Assembly (NCBI GenBank): GCA_031264885.1
Contig: JAISDM010000016.1
Location: 1 to 32,163 of the forward strand
DNA length: 32,163 nucleotides
From: Peptococcaceae bacterium
GTDB lineage: Bacteria; Bacillota; Peptococcia; DRI-13; UBA5745
Direction of reading: 5' to 3'
The notes under the pieces are model-generated. The model had not been told where the DNA came from and did no database searches. It worked only from the letters and a program-made list of their open reading frames with translations. Below are positions 17,505 through 26,098 of this stretch, piece by piece; the first letter of the stretch is position 1; each line of letters opens with the position of its first letter. Made by a program: the position numbers and the translations under genes.

Positions 17505-17999
17505 TTAAAGAATTACAAGATGCGTAACCGCGTAAAAGACAAATAGAATAACCGTCCCGGCCAGGCAGATGCGGCAGCGGTCGATATACTGCTGCCGTGT
17601 CTCCGGCCTTTTTTTGAAGTGCTTGCGCCATCCGGAATTCTCGTCCATTACCGCGGCGCCATCTGAATCCGGCTCTGAACCTCGTTTTCGCAGTGTGCTT
17701 AACCGGAAAAGGCTGAGGATCACGGTGACAGCGCCGAATCCCAGCCAACAGTAAAACGCAGAAAAACTGAGGTTTTGCCGGTACTTATCGGCGCCATAAA
17801 CGCCGTATTTCAGCCAAGCCCCTGTCTCCCCGAAAGCCATGGCTATGGTCCCGCCTATCGTAATCCAAAAAAAGATTCGGCTGAGTTCAAGCAGGATAGA
17901 CCCCTCGGCGCTTCGTGTAATCCTCTCCCGCTTTTTTTCAAGCGACCTGCGGAACACATCGTCGTCGCCCTTGCCAAAGCGTTGTAGTAGATTAAACAT
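17505..17999 (-). CDS. Hypothetical membrane protein (about 3 TM segments)
   Basis: Three hydrophobic stretches; starts 2 nt after the stop of 18002-19723; start codon uncertain. Confidence 0.6.
   Translation of the reverse strand: MFNLLQRFGKGDDDVFRRSLEKKRERITRSAEGSILLELSRIFFWITIGGTIAMAFGETGAWLKYGVYGADKYRQNLSFSAFYCWLGFGAVTVILSLFRLSTLRKRGSEPDSDGAAVMDENSGWRKHFKKRPETRQQYIDRCRICLAGTVILFVFYAVTHLVIL
17522..17548. repeat. 27-bp direct repeat, right copy, inside the 3' end of the membrane-protein gene
   Basis: Identical to 14970-14996. Confidence 0.95.
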
Positions 18000-18001
18000 A
18001 T

Positions 18002-19723
18002 TTACATCTGAGCTTCTTTCAGCATTTCATTCCAATGATCCGGGAGCTTGACCGCCTGGCTGGTGAGCTTGCCCATCGAGTAGTTCGACCGGAAGAACTG
18101 GCTGCGGTTACGGGTCGGATCCCCGACGACAATGACGACAATGTTGGCTTCTTTCCAGAACAGCGGCACCATACGCTTGGGGTCGTCGGATTCATACCAT
18201 TCCGGATCAAGATTCCCCATCCCGACCTCTTCCTTTAAGCTGTAAGGCTGCCAATGATTAAACCGGGATACGTTCGTTTCGAAGTACTCGGCGGTAACCT
18301 TCGCGTGGGCGAGGATGTACTTTGTAATGGATTCTTTATCATACCCGCTCCCGGCAAGCAGCTTCGCGACGGCCGGGCTTAAGAACAGGACGTTGTTATC
18401 CTGATATCTGCGCATTGTCTGATAGGGTTCAGTCATCCTGGCTGCCCAGTCGGTCAGATAATCCAGATGCTGTTCCGCGGTGGAACCGTTCGTCTGCATC
18501 GGGTCGCTGCATACGCGGCCGGAAACGATCGTGACGACGTTTTCGCCTTTGTCGAAGCCCTGCGTCTCAGCGACTGTCTTGAAGCCGATTTCTTCACAGA
18601 CTTGGTCATTCTCCGGGATAACCGGACGGAACATCTGTCCGTAGGTCGACATATCCGTCGAACCGATCTGGAACCCGGCGATGTTGCGCAGTATCAGGCG
18701 ATAGAAGCGGCCTACCGTTACGTTCGGCATACAATCCGGACGCTGATGCCCGATTTTGTAGTTGAATTTAAGTTGATCACGAATGGGCCCGTTCAGCATG
18801 ATCATCGCTTCCCACCCCGGAGTGGCGCCGGAGTCTTTGACGCTAAACTCAGGGGTCGCCATGATCTCGGCGATGGCGAGAAGCAGCGGGAAATATTCCG
18901 GATGACAGCCGGCCATAACACCGTTAACCGCGACTTTCCAAACAGTGCAGGAGGCCATGGACGGCTCCATAATGCCGATCACTTCCTCAGGATCGCGGTC
19001 CGTGAATTTCAGGAACTTCTCAATTTTTTCAACAGTCGGAGGGACAATCGGAAGACCGTCCGACCATTTCATTTCGTAGAAATAATCCTGGATCTCCTCG
19101 TTGCTTCCCTCAAAAATAATATCGCGGGAAGCCGGCCCTCTCTTTCTTTCCCTAGCCGTACTTTTGACAGGCGTTGTAAGGGCGGCGGCGATCTTCGGAA
19201 CGACAGCGTCACGAATGTTTTTGCGGACGGTATCCGCCGAATCCAGCGCGATCGGGTTCGGATATTCCACGAAACGGGCGTCCGGGTAGCCGGCGCTCTT
19301 CGCGTTCTGTTTTGCCATGGGTGGGAAGCCCTTGCAGAGTATGCCGACAGCCGGAATGCCCTGCCGCTCGACCAACACAACGCCGCGCGCCACAGCGGGA
19401 GAGCAGGTACCGCAGCAGCCGTTGCCGACAATTACGGCGTCAATGCCGTTTTTCTTAAGCTGTTCCGGAAGAGCCGCCATCATCTCGGCTTCATAAGACG
19501 GATCATGGAAATTGCCGAAGGTCTTGTAGCCGACAAATTTAATGTCCGGATACATGGCTTTTAATTCTTCTTCAATCATCGGGAAGGTTTCATCGCCGCG
19601 GAACGCCCAGTTCCAAAGCTCGCCGATGGTTTTTCCGTTGAGATCGGGGATGGACGGAGAAACTGTTTTGTCTTTTGAGACAGATACCGCGGCTGGATAA
19701 ACAACCTGAAGAACGCCACTCAT
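18002..19723 (-). CDS. UGSC-family (seleno)protein homologue, Cys form, paralogue 2
   Basis: GIDAVIVGNGCCGTC...VERQGIPAV; WSDGLPIVPPT, VAVNGVMAGCHPEY; colinear with 6259-7962 over its full length. Confidence 0.75.
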   Translation of the reverse strand: MSGVLQVVYPAAVSVSKDKTVSPSIPDLNGKTIGELWNWAFRGDETFPMIEEELKAMYPDIKFVGYKTFGNFHDPSYEAEMMAALPEQLKKNGIDAVIVGNGCCGTCSPAVARGVVLVERQGIPAVGILCKGFPPMAKQNAKSAGYPDARFVEYPNPIALDSADTVRKNIRDAVVPKIAAALTTPVKSTARERKRGPASRDIIFEGSNEEIQDYFYEMKWSDGLPIVPPTVEKIEKFLKFTDRDPEEVIGIMEPSMASCTVWKVAVNGVMAGCHPEYFPLLLAIAEIMATPEFSVKDSGATPGWEAMIMLNGPIRDQLKFNYKIGHQRPDCMPNVTVGRFYRLILRNIAGFQIGSTDMSTYGQMFRPVIPENDQVCEEIGFKTVAETQGFDKGENVVTIVSGRVCSDPMQTNGSTAEQHLDYLTDWAARMTEPYQTMRRYQDNNVLFLSPAVAKLLAGSGYDKESITKYILAHAKVTAEYFETNVSRFNHWQPYSLKEEVGMGNLDPEWYESDDPKRMVPLFWKEANIVVIVVGDPTRNRSQFFRSNYSMGKLTSQAVKLPDHWNEMLKEAQM

Positions 19724-19759
19724 AGTTCATACACTTCTTTCTTTGTTTATTACATTTTT

Positions 19760-19844
19760 ATTATACTTTGAGTGGTTTTTTTGTCCAATTGAACATAAAA
19801 CCCGTTTGATAGTTTAATGGCTATCAGTTGTTTTATCGATAGTT
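19760..19844. promoter_or_regulatory. Promoter of UGSC paralogue 2 plus shared dyad operator (copy 2)
   Basis: Minus-strand TTGGAC-17-TATAAT (19788-19760); perfect dyad TGATAG-N8-CTATCA at 19807-19826, followed by ATCGATAGTT. Confidence 0.62.
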
Positions 19845-19883
19845 TATACTCTATATTTGGAGAGGCGGCTGCGGTCAGCTTCT

Positions 19884-21554
19884 CTATATGCGGTACAACC
19901 GCGTGGCATACTCATATATAAGCGCGTCCAGCCCCTCGCTCACGCCTTGGTAATGGCGCATTTCGCCGTCTTGGTCCAAGTACCCGAAGTCATCCCCGGC
20001 TGACGGCCAATAAGGCAGCCCCTCACCGTTAGGATCTCCCTTGCGGCAGAAATTCGCCCAATAGCCGCAGACGATGTCCGCCACCCGATAATCCAATTCC
20101 CGCCAGGGGCGGTTCGCCGGTACGCCGCCGGCAAGCGACCGGAAAGCATACCACTGGTCGCTGCCGTGAAACGCCAGCCGAAGGTCGGGGTTCATCTTTG
20201 GATCCGTCATATCTTCGGGGTGAACCGGGGGTATATGCGACCACAGGTAAGCGTATACGGACATGTTTGGGCGCAACTTCTTCATGTGCATACCGAACAG
20301 CCGGTGCAGCATCAAACTGCGGGCGCCGCTGGACTTCCCGTTGCCGGTCAGCCCCAGCGAGGCCAGCCGCCTGGCTTTCTTTGCCGCGTTTTCGTCCGTT
20401 ACCTTCACGAGCGCCTCAAAATCATACTTATCGTACAAATCCCCCAGCATATAGCGAAAATGAGCGTAAAAATCAGCCGCGTTCCCGATGGATTTCTTTA
20501 GGGGATATCGCGTTTCCCCGTCTCCGTCGTGGTGCCCAAGGTAAAACACAGGGTCGCCCGGATCCGTAAAAACCAGCGCCTCCCCGTAGGTGGCGCCGCC
20601 CATAACGTCGATATCGTAATCCAGCTTCTCAAACGCCTCATAAAAAGAACCGTATGGAATATAGTCCCCGTCGCATACCATATCGCCTATGACATAATCC
20701 CGCGCCAAATCAAAGCTGAACACGCGCTCTGCCGGCAGCTTGCGCAGATCGTCCAGGGGCGTGTCCGCCGCGATGCCCAACTGTCCCAGGTAATCTGTCC
20801 CGAACCGCTCCGCCTCCGGCACGGTGGGGAATTTCATGAACCAACGGAAAACACTCTGGGCAATAACGCGCTTCACCCGTCCGCGGGCATAGGGGCACAG
20901 GGCGATGGCGTTGGATTTCCATGTGCCGCCCGACACGCCGCCCACGGTAATGTTGTTCGGATCGCCGCCAAATTGCTCAATATTCTCCGTTACCCAGTCC
21001 AGCGCGGCCAACTGATCCATTAGCCCATAGTTGCCGCTTTTCCCGCCCTGCTCGGCCGAAAGCTGCGGCAGCGCGATATAACCGAACGGGCCAAGGCGCT
21101 GCCCCACACTCACGGCCACAATGCCGCGTTTGGCGAGGCCGACGGGGTTGTTCTGCACTTCATAGGAAAACCCGGTGGTCAGACCGCCCCCATGAAACCA
21201 GATAAACACGGGCCGTTTCTCGCCGGGCCGCGCCGCGCCTGTGCAAACGTTCAGATACAGGCAGTCCTCGCTGATTGCCGGCGCCGCCGCGGATACCGTG
21301 TCGTCATCGCCCTTCACGTCGGCGGAATCCCGGCGGTGTACCCATTTCATATCCTGGTAGGCAGCCGGCGCAAACGAGTCACAGCTGCGCACCCCATCCC
21401 AAGGGGCAGGCGGCGCGGGCGGCGCCCACCTAAGCGGACCCACCGGCGGAGCGGCATATGGAATGCCCTTAAACAGCGTCAAACCGTCCGCGTCTTCCCC
21501 TGCCGAAACACCCCGCGTCTTCCCGTATATCGTTTTTACAATCCCAATCGGCAT
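19884..21554 (-). CDS. Type-B carboxylesterase/lipase (PnbA-like)
   Basis: FKGIPYAAPPVG, SEDCLYLNV, WFHGGG, GNYGLMDQ, FGGDPNNIT, GVSGG, FHGSD, WANF..GDPNG; start 21554 or 21560 after AAGGAG. Confidence 0.93.
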   Translation of the reverse strand: MPIGIVKTIYGKTRGVSAGEDADGLTLFKGIPYAAPPVGPLRWAPPAPPAPWDGVRSCDSFAPAAYQDMKWVHRRDSADVKGDDDTVSAAAPAISEDCLYLNVCTGAARPGEKRPVFIWFHGGGLTTGFSYEVQNNPVGLAKRGIVAVSVGQRLGPFGYIALPQLSAEQGGKSGNYGLMDQLAALDWVTENIEQFGGDPNNITVGGVSGGTWKSNAIALCPYARGRVKRVIAQSVFRWFMKFPTVPEAERFGTDYLGQLGIAADTPLDDLRKLPAERVFSFDLARDYVIGDMVCDGDYIPYGSFYEAFEKLDYDIDVMGGATYGEALVFTDPGDPVFYLGHHDGDGETRYPLKKSIGNAADFYAHFRYMLGDLYDKYDFEALVKVTDENAAKKARRLASLGLTGNGKSSGARSLMLHRLFGMHMKKLRPNMSVYAYLWSHIPPVHPEDMTDPKMNPDLRLAFHGSDQWYAFRSLAGGVPANRPWRELDYRVADIVCGYWANFCRKGDPNGEGLPYWPSAGDDFGYLDQDGEMRHYQGVSEGLDALIYEYATRLYRI

Positions 21555-21624
21555 GGTCATCTCTCCTTAAACGGTACGTATTCATAGCCCGCGCAGACTC
21601 TTGATCAGCCCGGGTCCGGATTGA

Positions 21625-21647
21625 GGGCGGCAGAATGCCGCCCCTAC
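21625..21647 (-). repeat. GTAG-type REP, third copy
   Basis: Identical to 236-258; intergenic between the two esterase genes. Confidence 0.85.
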
Positions 21648-21656
21648 GGTACATAT

Positions 21657-23132
21657 TTATAGTTCGCGCAGACTCTTGATCAGCCCCGGATGGTCGGCTG
21701 CGAAGCGAACGGCCTGCTTGGCGGCGGGGTTCCGCGCCAATTCCTCCGCCGCGTATCCCATATCGGTAAAGTGCATGGACACCGGGTTTTCTTTAGTATA
21801 GGCCGGCCAAGGCTTCAACCCTTCCCCGTTCGGGTCGCCCGTCTTTGCGAAATTGGTCCAATAATCCACCATCGCTTCCGACAATTCCTTATCATACGCG
21901 GTGAAACCGCCGTTTCCCGCGTCAGCCGCTTCCACCATGCCCATCACATACCGGATCTCGCTGCCGTGAGGCGTAGGGTTCTGCAGTCCCCTTTGCCGGG
22001 CGGGGGGCTGGGTCCGTTCGAAGTGGTAGGTGAATATCGGCCTGCGTCCCGTGTCTGTCTGCCGAATTGCCCAGGAAACGCCTCTGGAATAGACGAACGC
22101 CGGAATCATCCTCTCGTCGGCCACTTCATGGCGCACGATTTTGATCCATCCGCTGTCGCCGCTGACAGACCCGGCAATCACCGGAATATCCGCACATTCG
22201 CCTTTCCATATCCCCACGCCGGGCGTAACCGTCAGGATGTCGCCGTCAATGTCCGGCTGGAACACCGATTTCTCCCAGGATTCCAGTTCCCCGGCAGTGG
22301 CGTCCCGCAGCATGTCGTTCACCTCGCCGGCGTCCTTTTTCATCAAATCATCCGCCGTCCAGCCGAGTCTGTCCATTCCCCGCCGGCAGACGCCGATTTT
22401 TTCATCCAACGGACGATAATTGTCGGAATCGGTCACGCCGCCGCCGGATTCCACGATCACCCGCCGCATCATGTGCCGCGCGCGGGGTGAACACATCAGC
22501 ATGCGGGCGCTCATCCCGCCCGCGGAGAATCCGAACACCGTAATATTGTCCGCGTCCCCCCCGAATGCGCCGATGTTCCCGCGAACCCAGGAAAGAGCCG
22601 CTATCTGGTCCAGAAGCCCGTAGTTTCCCGTCGTCCCGTCCCGCGCTTTCAACGCGTCCAACGCAAGGAAGCCCAGCGCGCCCAAGCGGTAATTGACCGT
22701 GACCAAGATCACGCCCTTCCGCGCGAACGCCTCCCCGTCAAATTCCGGGGAAGTCCCGCATCCGGTAACAAACCCGCCCCCGTGGATCCAGAACATGACC
22801 GGGCAATTTCCCCTCTCGGATTCCCTCCCTGCCGGGCCGCCGCCCGTTTTCCCCGCCGCTCCCGCAGGCGCCCAGATATTCAGGTACAGGCAATCCTCAC
22901 CGATCTCCCGGACGTCCGGGTCGCCGAAGGGTTTATGCTGCACCGCGGACGCGGAGAATTTATCACAAAGAAGCACCCCCGCCCATGGCAGCGGTCTTTG
23001 GGGCGGCGTGAACCGCAGCATGCCCACAGGCGGCCTGGCGTAGGGGATCCCCTTAAACACCGTGACATTCTCATCCCTCCCCGGCACACCCTTCAGCAAG
23101 CCATATTGTGTGGGAACTGTATCCATAGCCAT
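21657..23132 (-). CDS. Type-B carboxylesterase/lipase (PnbA-like)
   Basis: FKGIPYARPPVG, EDCLYLNIW, WIHGGGF, NYRLGALGF, GFSAG, PHGSEI, WTNFAKTGDPNG; start reset to ATG 23132 after AAGGAG. Confidence 0.94.
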   Translation of the reverse strand: MAMDTVPTQYGLLKGVPGRDENVTVFKGIPYARPPVGMLRFTPPQRPLPWAGVLLCDKFSASAVQHKPFGDPDVREIGEDCLYLNIWAPAGAAGKTGGGPAGRESERGNCPVMFWIHGGGFVTGCGTSPEFDGEAFARKGVILVTVNYRLGALGFLALDALKARDGTTGNYGLLDQIAALSWVRGNIGAFGGDADNITVFGFSAGGMSARMLMCSPRARHMMRRVIVESGGGVTDSDNYRPLDEKIGVCRRGMDRLGWTADDLMKKDAGEVNDMLRDATAGELESWEKSVFQPDIDGDILTVTPGVGIWKGECADIPVIAGSVSGDSGWIKIVRHEVADERMIPAFVYSRGVSWAIRQTDTGRRPIFTYHFERTQPPARQRGLQNPTPHGSEIRYVMGMVEAADAGNGGFTAYDKELSEAMVDYWTNFAKTGDPNGEGLKPWPAYTKENPVSMHFTDMGYAAEELARNPAAKQAVRFAADHPGLIKSLREL

Positions 23133-23165
23133 AAGATTTCTCCTTCCGCGGACGAGTATGAGTTT

Positions 23166-23198
23166 AGGACTTGTGCAACTTATTATTGCACAAGTCCT
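23166..23198. promoter_or_regulatory. 13-bp perfect inverted repeat between LysR and esterase (operator or RNA hairpin)
   Basis: AGGACTTGTGCAA-7 nt-TTGCACAAGTCCT, with no U-tract. Confidence 0.55.
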
Positions 23199-23211
23199 TA
23201 GACGCTCAAGT

Positions 23212-24120
23212 TTAGACCCCCGCCGTTCCGGGGTTGGGCGCGCCTTCCCCGTTTGCCGCTTCATCCACAAACACTCGGACAGACGGGTTATCGGCGGGAT
23301 CGCAGTAGTACATGTTTACGTCGAAAGCGCAAGGCACGGTCGTGACCTGGGAAAGCGCGATATTGCGGTACTCCCCGCTGACCACGGACTTGGGTACGAT
23401 GGTCACGCCGTTTCCAAGGGAAACCATCAGCAAGGCGCTGTCCACATTTGGCACGGGGATCACATTGATCCGCCCGTTCGTATGTTTTTCCGCAAGTATG
23501 CGGTTCTGCGCGTACGGCCCCCAGAATTCGTCGTCAAAAGGCACAAACAGGTTTTCTTTTTCCAACTCTTTCAACTCGACAAACGGGGATTTTTGCAGCC
23601 GGCGGCCTGCCGGGAAAGCCACGAAGGCCGCCTGGCGAAAGGCTGCGGAGCATTTGATTTTATCCAACAGCTGCGTGTACGCGCAGGGGGACAGAAACAC
23701 GTCGTTTTCGAGGATTTCGCGGGATGTGACCGGCCCCCGCGCCACGCTGAGCGACAGGGCGATCCCCCGGTACCGGGCGGAAAACCGATGGATGAAGTCC
23801 AATGTGCCGCGCCCCAGGGAGCTTCTCGTGCAGGCGATTTTGAGCGTTCCGCCATCGGTTTGCCCGCCGATTTTGATGCGGCTTTCCAGTTTCGCGCATT
23901 TTTGAATCAGCCGCGCCGCGTCAAGCGATAACTGCTTGCCCGCCTCCGTCAGGCACATGGCGCGCGTGCTGCGCACGAACAGCTTGAATCCCAATTCTTC
24001 CTCCATTTCAAGGATATGACGGCTCAACACAGACTGGGTGATGTAGAGTTTTTTTGCCGCCAAGCTGTAGCTGCGCGTGTCGGCAAGCACCAGGAACTCC
24101 TGCAGGCGGTTCGTGGTCAT
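23212..24120 (-). CDS. LysR-family transcriptional regulator
   Basis: RLQEFLVLA..RSYSLAAKKLYITQSVLSRHILEMEEELGFKLFVRSTR HTH; 4-nt overlap with the upstream LysR. Confidence 0.93.
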   Translation of the reverse strand: MTTNRLQEFLVLADTRSYSLAAKKLYITQSVLSRHILEMEEELGFKLFVRSTRAMCLTEAGKQLSLDAARLIQKCAKLESRIKIGGQTDGGTLKIACTRSSLGRGTLDFIHRFSARYRGIALSLSVARGPVTSREILENDVFLSPCAYTQLLDKIKCSAAFRQAAFVAFPAGRRLQKSPFVELKELEKENLFVPFDDEFWGPYAQNRILAEKHTNGRINVIPVPNVDSALLMVSLGNGVTIVPKSVVSGEYRNIALSQVTTVPCAFDVNMYYCDPADNPSVRVFVDEAANGEGAPNPGTAGV

Positions 24121-25025
24121 TCCCCGACCCTCCCCTCGCCCGCGGCAAGAAAGGCTTTGAGCGCGTCCGCGAACAATGCCGCTGCCTCATTGGCCGGCTC
24201 CTTCTGACAGTAAAACCGCATCATCGCCTCGCCGCCGTCGCATAGAGAAAGAGCCACCGAGTCCGGCGGGGCTGCCGCCAGAGACGCCAACGGGTACATG
24301 GCCAGCCCTTTTTCCACGGACACCAGGTATTTGAACCATGTCTTGTCCTGGACATCGCCGCACAGCGAATAGGATATTCCCGATTCTTCCAATATCGCCT
24401 CTTGCCGGCGGCGTATGGCGGGTTCCCGGGTCTCCGGGTAGAGTATAAACTGCTCCCCCTCCAGTTCCTTGACGGACACTTCCGTCCGCCCCGCCAGCGG
24501 ATGGTCTTTAGGCACAAACACATACTGGTTCATCACACACACGTCCATGCCGCGTATCTGCGCTGTCTGCTGGGATTCTACGTAAAACGCGAAATACACG
24601 TCCACATCCCCCGCCTCCAGGCTGTCCATCACGCCATAGGCCGCGTCGTCGGTGAATTCCAGGTGCAGGCCGGGGTACATCCGGTTGAAACCGCGCAAAA
24701 ACTGCCTCAGCGCCGGCGGCAGTTCCAGCCCCATCACCGCCAGTTTTAAACGCCTGTACGCGCCGAACGCCGTATCGGCCCCCCGGCGCGCGATCCGCTG
24801 GTAATCCTCCAGAAGCTCGCGGCACTCATCAAAAAAGCATCGCCCGTCCGCCGTCAATTCCACCCGATGGGCATTGCGCGCAAGCAGCCTGACCCCAAGG
24901 CTGTTCTCAAATTTGGAAAAACGCGCGCTCAAAACCGCCGCGGACACCTGAAGCCGTGCCGCCGTCCGCGCAAAACTGCCCGACTCGGCAATCAGGATAA
25001 ATTCTCTCAAACGCTCATAGTTCAT
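24117..25025 (-). CDS. LysR-family transcriptional regulator
   Basis: MNYERLREF...GSFARTAARLQVSAAVLSARFSKFENSLGVRLL HTH; start reset to ATG 25025 after GAGGTG. Confidence 0.93.
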   Translation of the reverse strand: MNYERLREFILIAESGSFARTAARLQVSAAVLSARFSKFENSLGVRLLARNAHRVELTADGRCFFDECRELLEDYQRIARRGADTAFGAYRRLKLAVMGLELPPALRQFLRGFNRMYPGLHLEFTDDAAYGVMDSLEAGDVDVYFAFYVESQQTAQIRGMDVCVMNQYVFVPKDHPLAGRTEVSVKELEGEQFILYPETREPAIRRRQEAILEESGISYSLCGDVQDKTWFKYLVSVEKGLAMYPLASLAAAPPDSVALSLCDGGEAMMRFYCQKEPANEAAALFADALKAFLAAGEGRVGE

Positions 25026-25046
25026 GTCACACCTCAATTCGAGGCA

Positions 25047-25075
25047 ATTGTAGCACAAATGCCATGAGACTGGAA
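25047..25075 (-). promoter_or_regulatory. Putative internal promoter for the second LysR pair
   Basis: TTCCAG-17 nt-TACAAT with extended -10 TG. Confidence 0.45.
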
Positions 25076-25124
25076 GCGGCAAATCCACGGCGGCGGTGTG
25101 GTTCCGCGCGATGGTTCCGCGCGG

Positions 25125-26087
25125 TCAATACGCCCCTGTCTTTTGCGCCTGTGCCTTCACACAGGCTGCCACATGCCCCGGCGCGACCAACTCCAATTTT
25201 TGGGGGCCTTTGCATACCTCCGACGCCTGCGGGCAGCGGGCGGCAAAGCGGCAGCCCGGTTTCGGGTCGATGGGGGATACGATTTCGCCTCTCAGCACAG
25301 CGCGTTCCCTGCGCGCGTGTATATTCGCCGATGGCACGGCGGACAGCAGCGCCCTCGTGTAAGGATGGACCGGCGCCGCAAACAGCTCTTTGGCGGGGCA
25401 TTTCTCAACCAGCTGCCCCAGGTACATGACACAGATGTCGTCGGATATGTGGCGCACCACGGACAGATCGTGAGTGATGAACATGTAGGTCAGGTTTTTT
25501 TCTTGCTGCAGATCCATGAGCAAGTTCAGTATCTGCGCCTGTATGGATACGTCCAGCGCCGATACGGGCTCGTCGCAGACCACGAAGGCCGGATCCAGCG
25601 CCAGCGCCCTGGCGATGACCACCCGCTGGCGGCGCCCGCCGTCCAGTTCGTGCGGGTACGCCAGCCGCAGCCGGGCCGCGATGCCCGCCAAATCCATCAA
25701 CTGTGCGGTTTTTTCGTCCATCTGGCGCTTGTTGTATCTGCGGGACAGATGGAGCGGTTCCTGGATTGTGTCCTCCACCGTGTAGCGCGGGTTCAGGGAC
25801 GAGTAAGGGTCTTGGAAGATAATCTGCGCCTGTTCGCGGAATTTACGCAGCTGTCCTCTGGAGAGGATCGTCACATCCTCGCCGTCCAGGAAAAACCTTC
25901 CGGATGTGCTGTCCTCCAGATGAACCAGCACCCTGCCCAGCGTGGATTTGCCGCAGCCTGACTCCCCCACGATCCCCAATGTGCCGCCTCTGCCGATGGA
26001 AAAAGATACATCGTCCACCGCATGCACCGTACCGCGCTTAGTTTTGAAATGTTTCTTCAGATTTCTGACCTCCAGAAATTCCGGCAT
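25125..26087 (-). CDS. Dpp/Opp-type ABC ATP-binding subunit (DppF-like)
   Basis: [35 protein letters not shown]; start reset to ATG 26087 after AAAGGAG. Confidence 0.95.
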   Translation of the reverse strand: MPEFLEVRNLKKHFKTKRGTVHAVDDVSFSIGRGGTLGIVGESGCGKSTLGRVLVHLEDSTSGRFFLDGEDVTILSRGQLRKFREQAQIIFQDPYSSLNPRYTVEDTIQEPLHLSRRYNKRQMDEKTAQLMDLAGIAARLRLAYPHELDGGRRQRVVIARALALDPAFVVCDEPVSALDVSIQAQILNLLMDLQQEKNLTYMFITHDLSVVRHISDDICVMYLGQLVEKCPAKELFAAPVHPYTRALLSAVPSANIHARRERAVLRGEIVSPIDPKPGCRFAARCPQASEVCKGPQKLELVAPGHVAACVKAQAQKTGAY

Positions 26088-26098
26088 GGGGACTCCTT

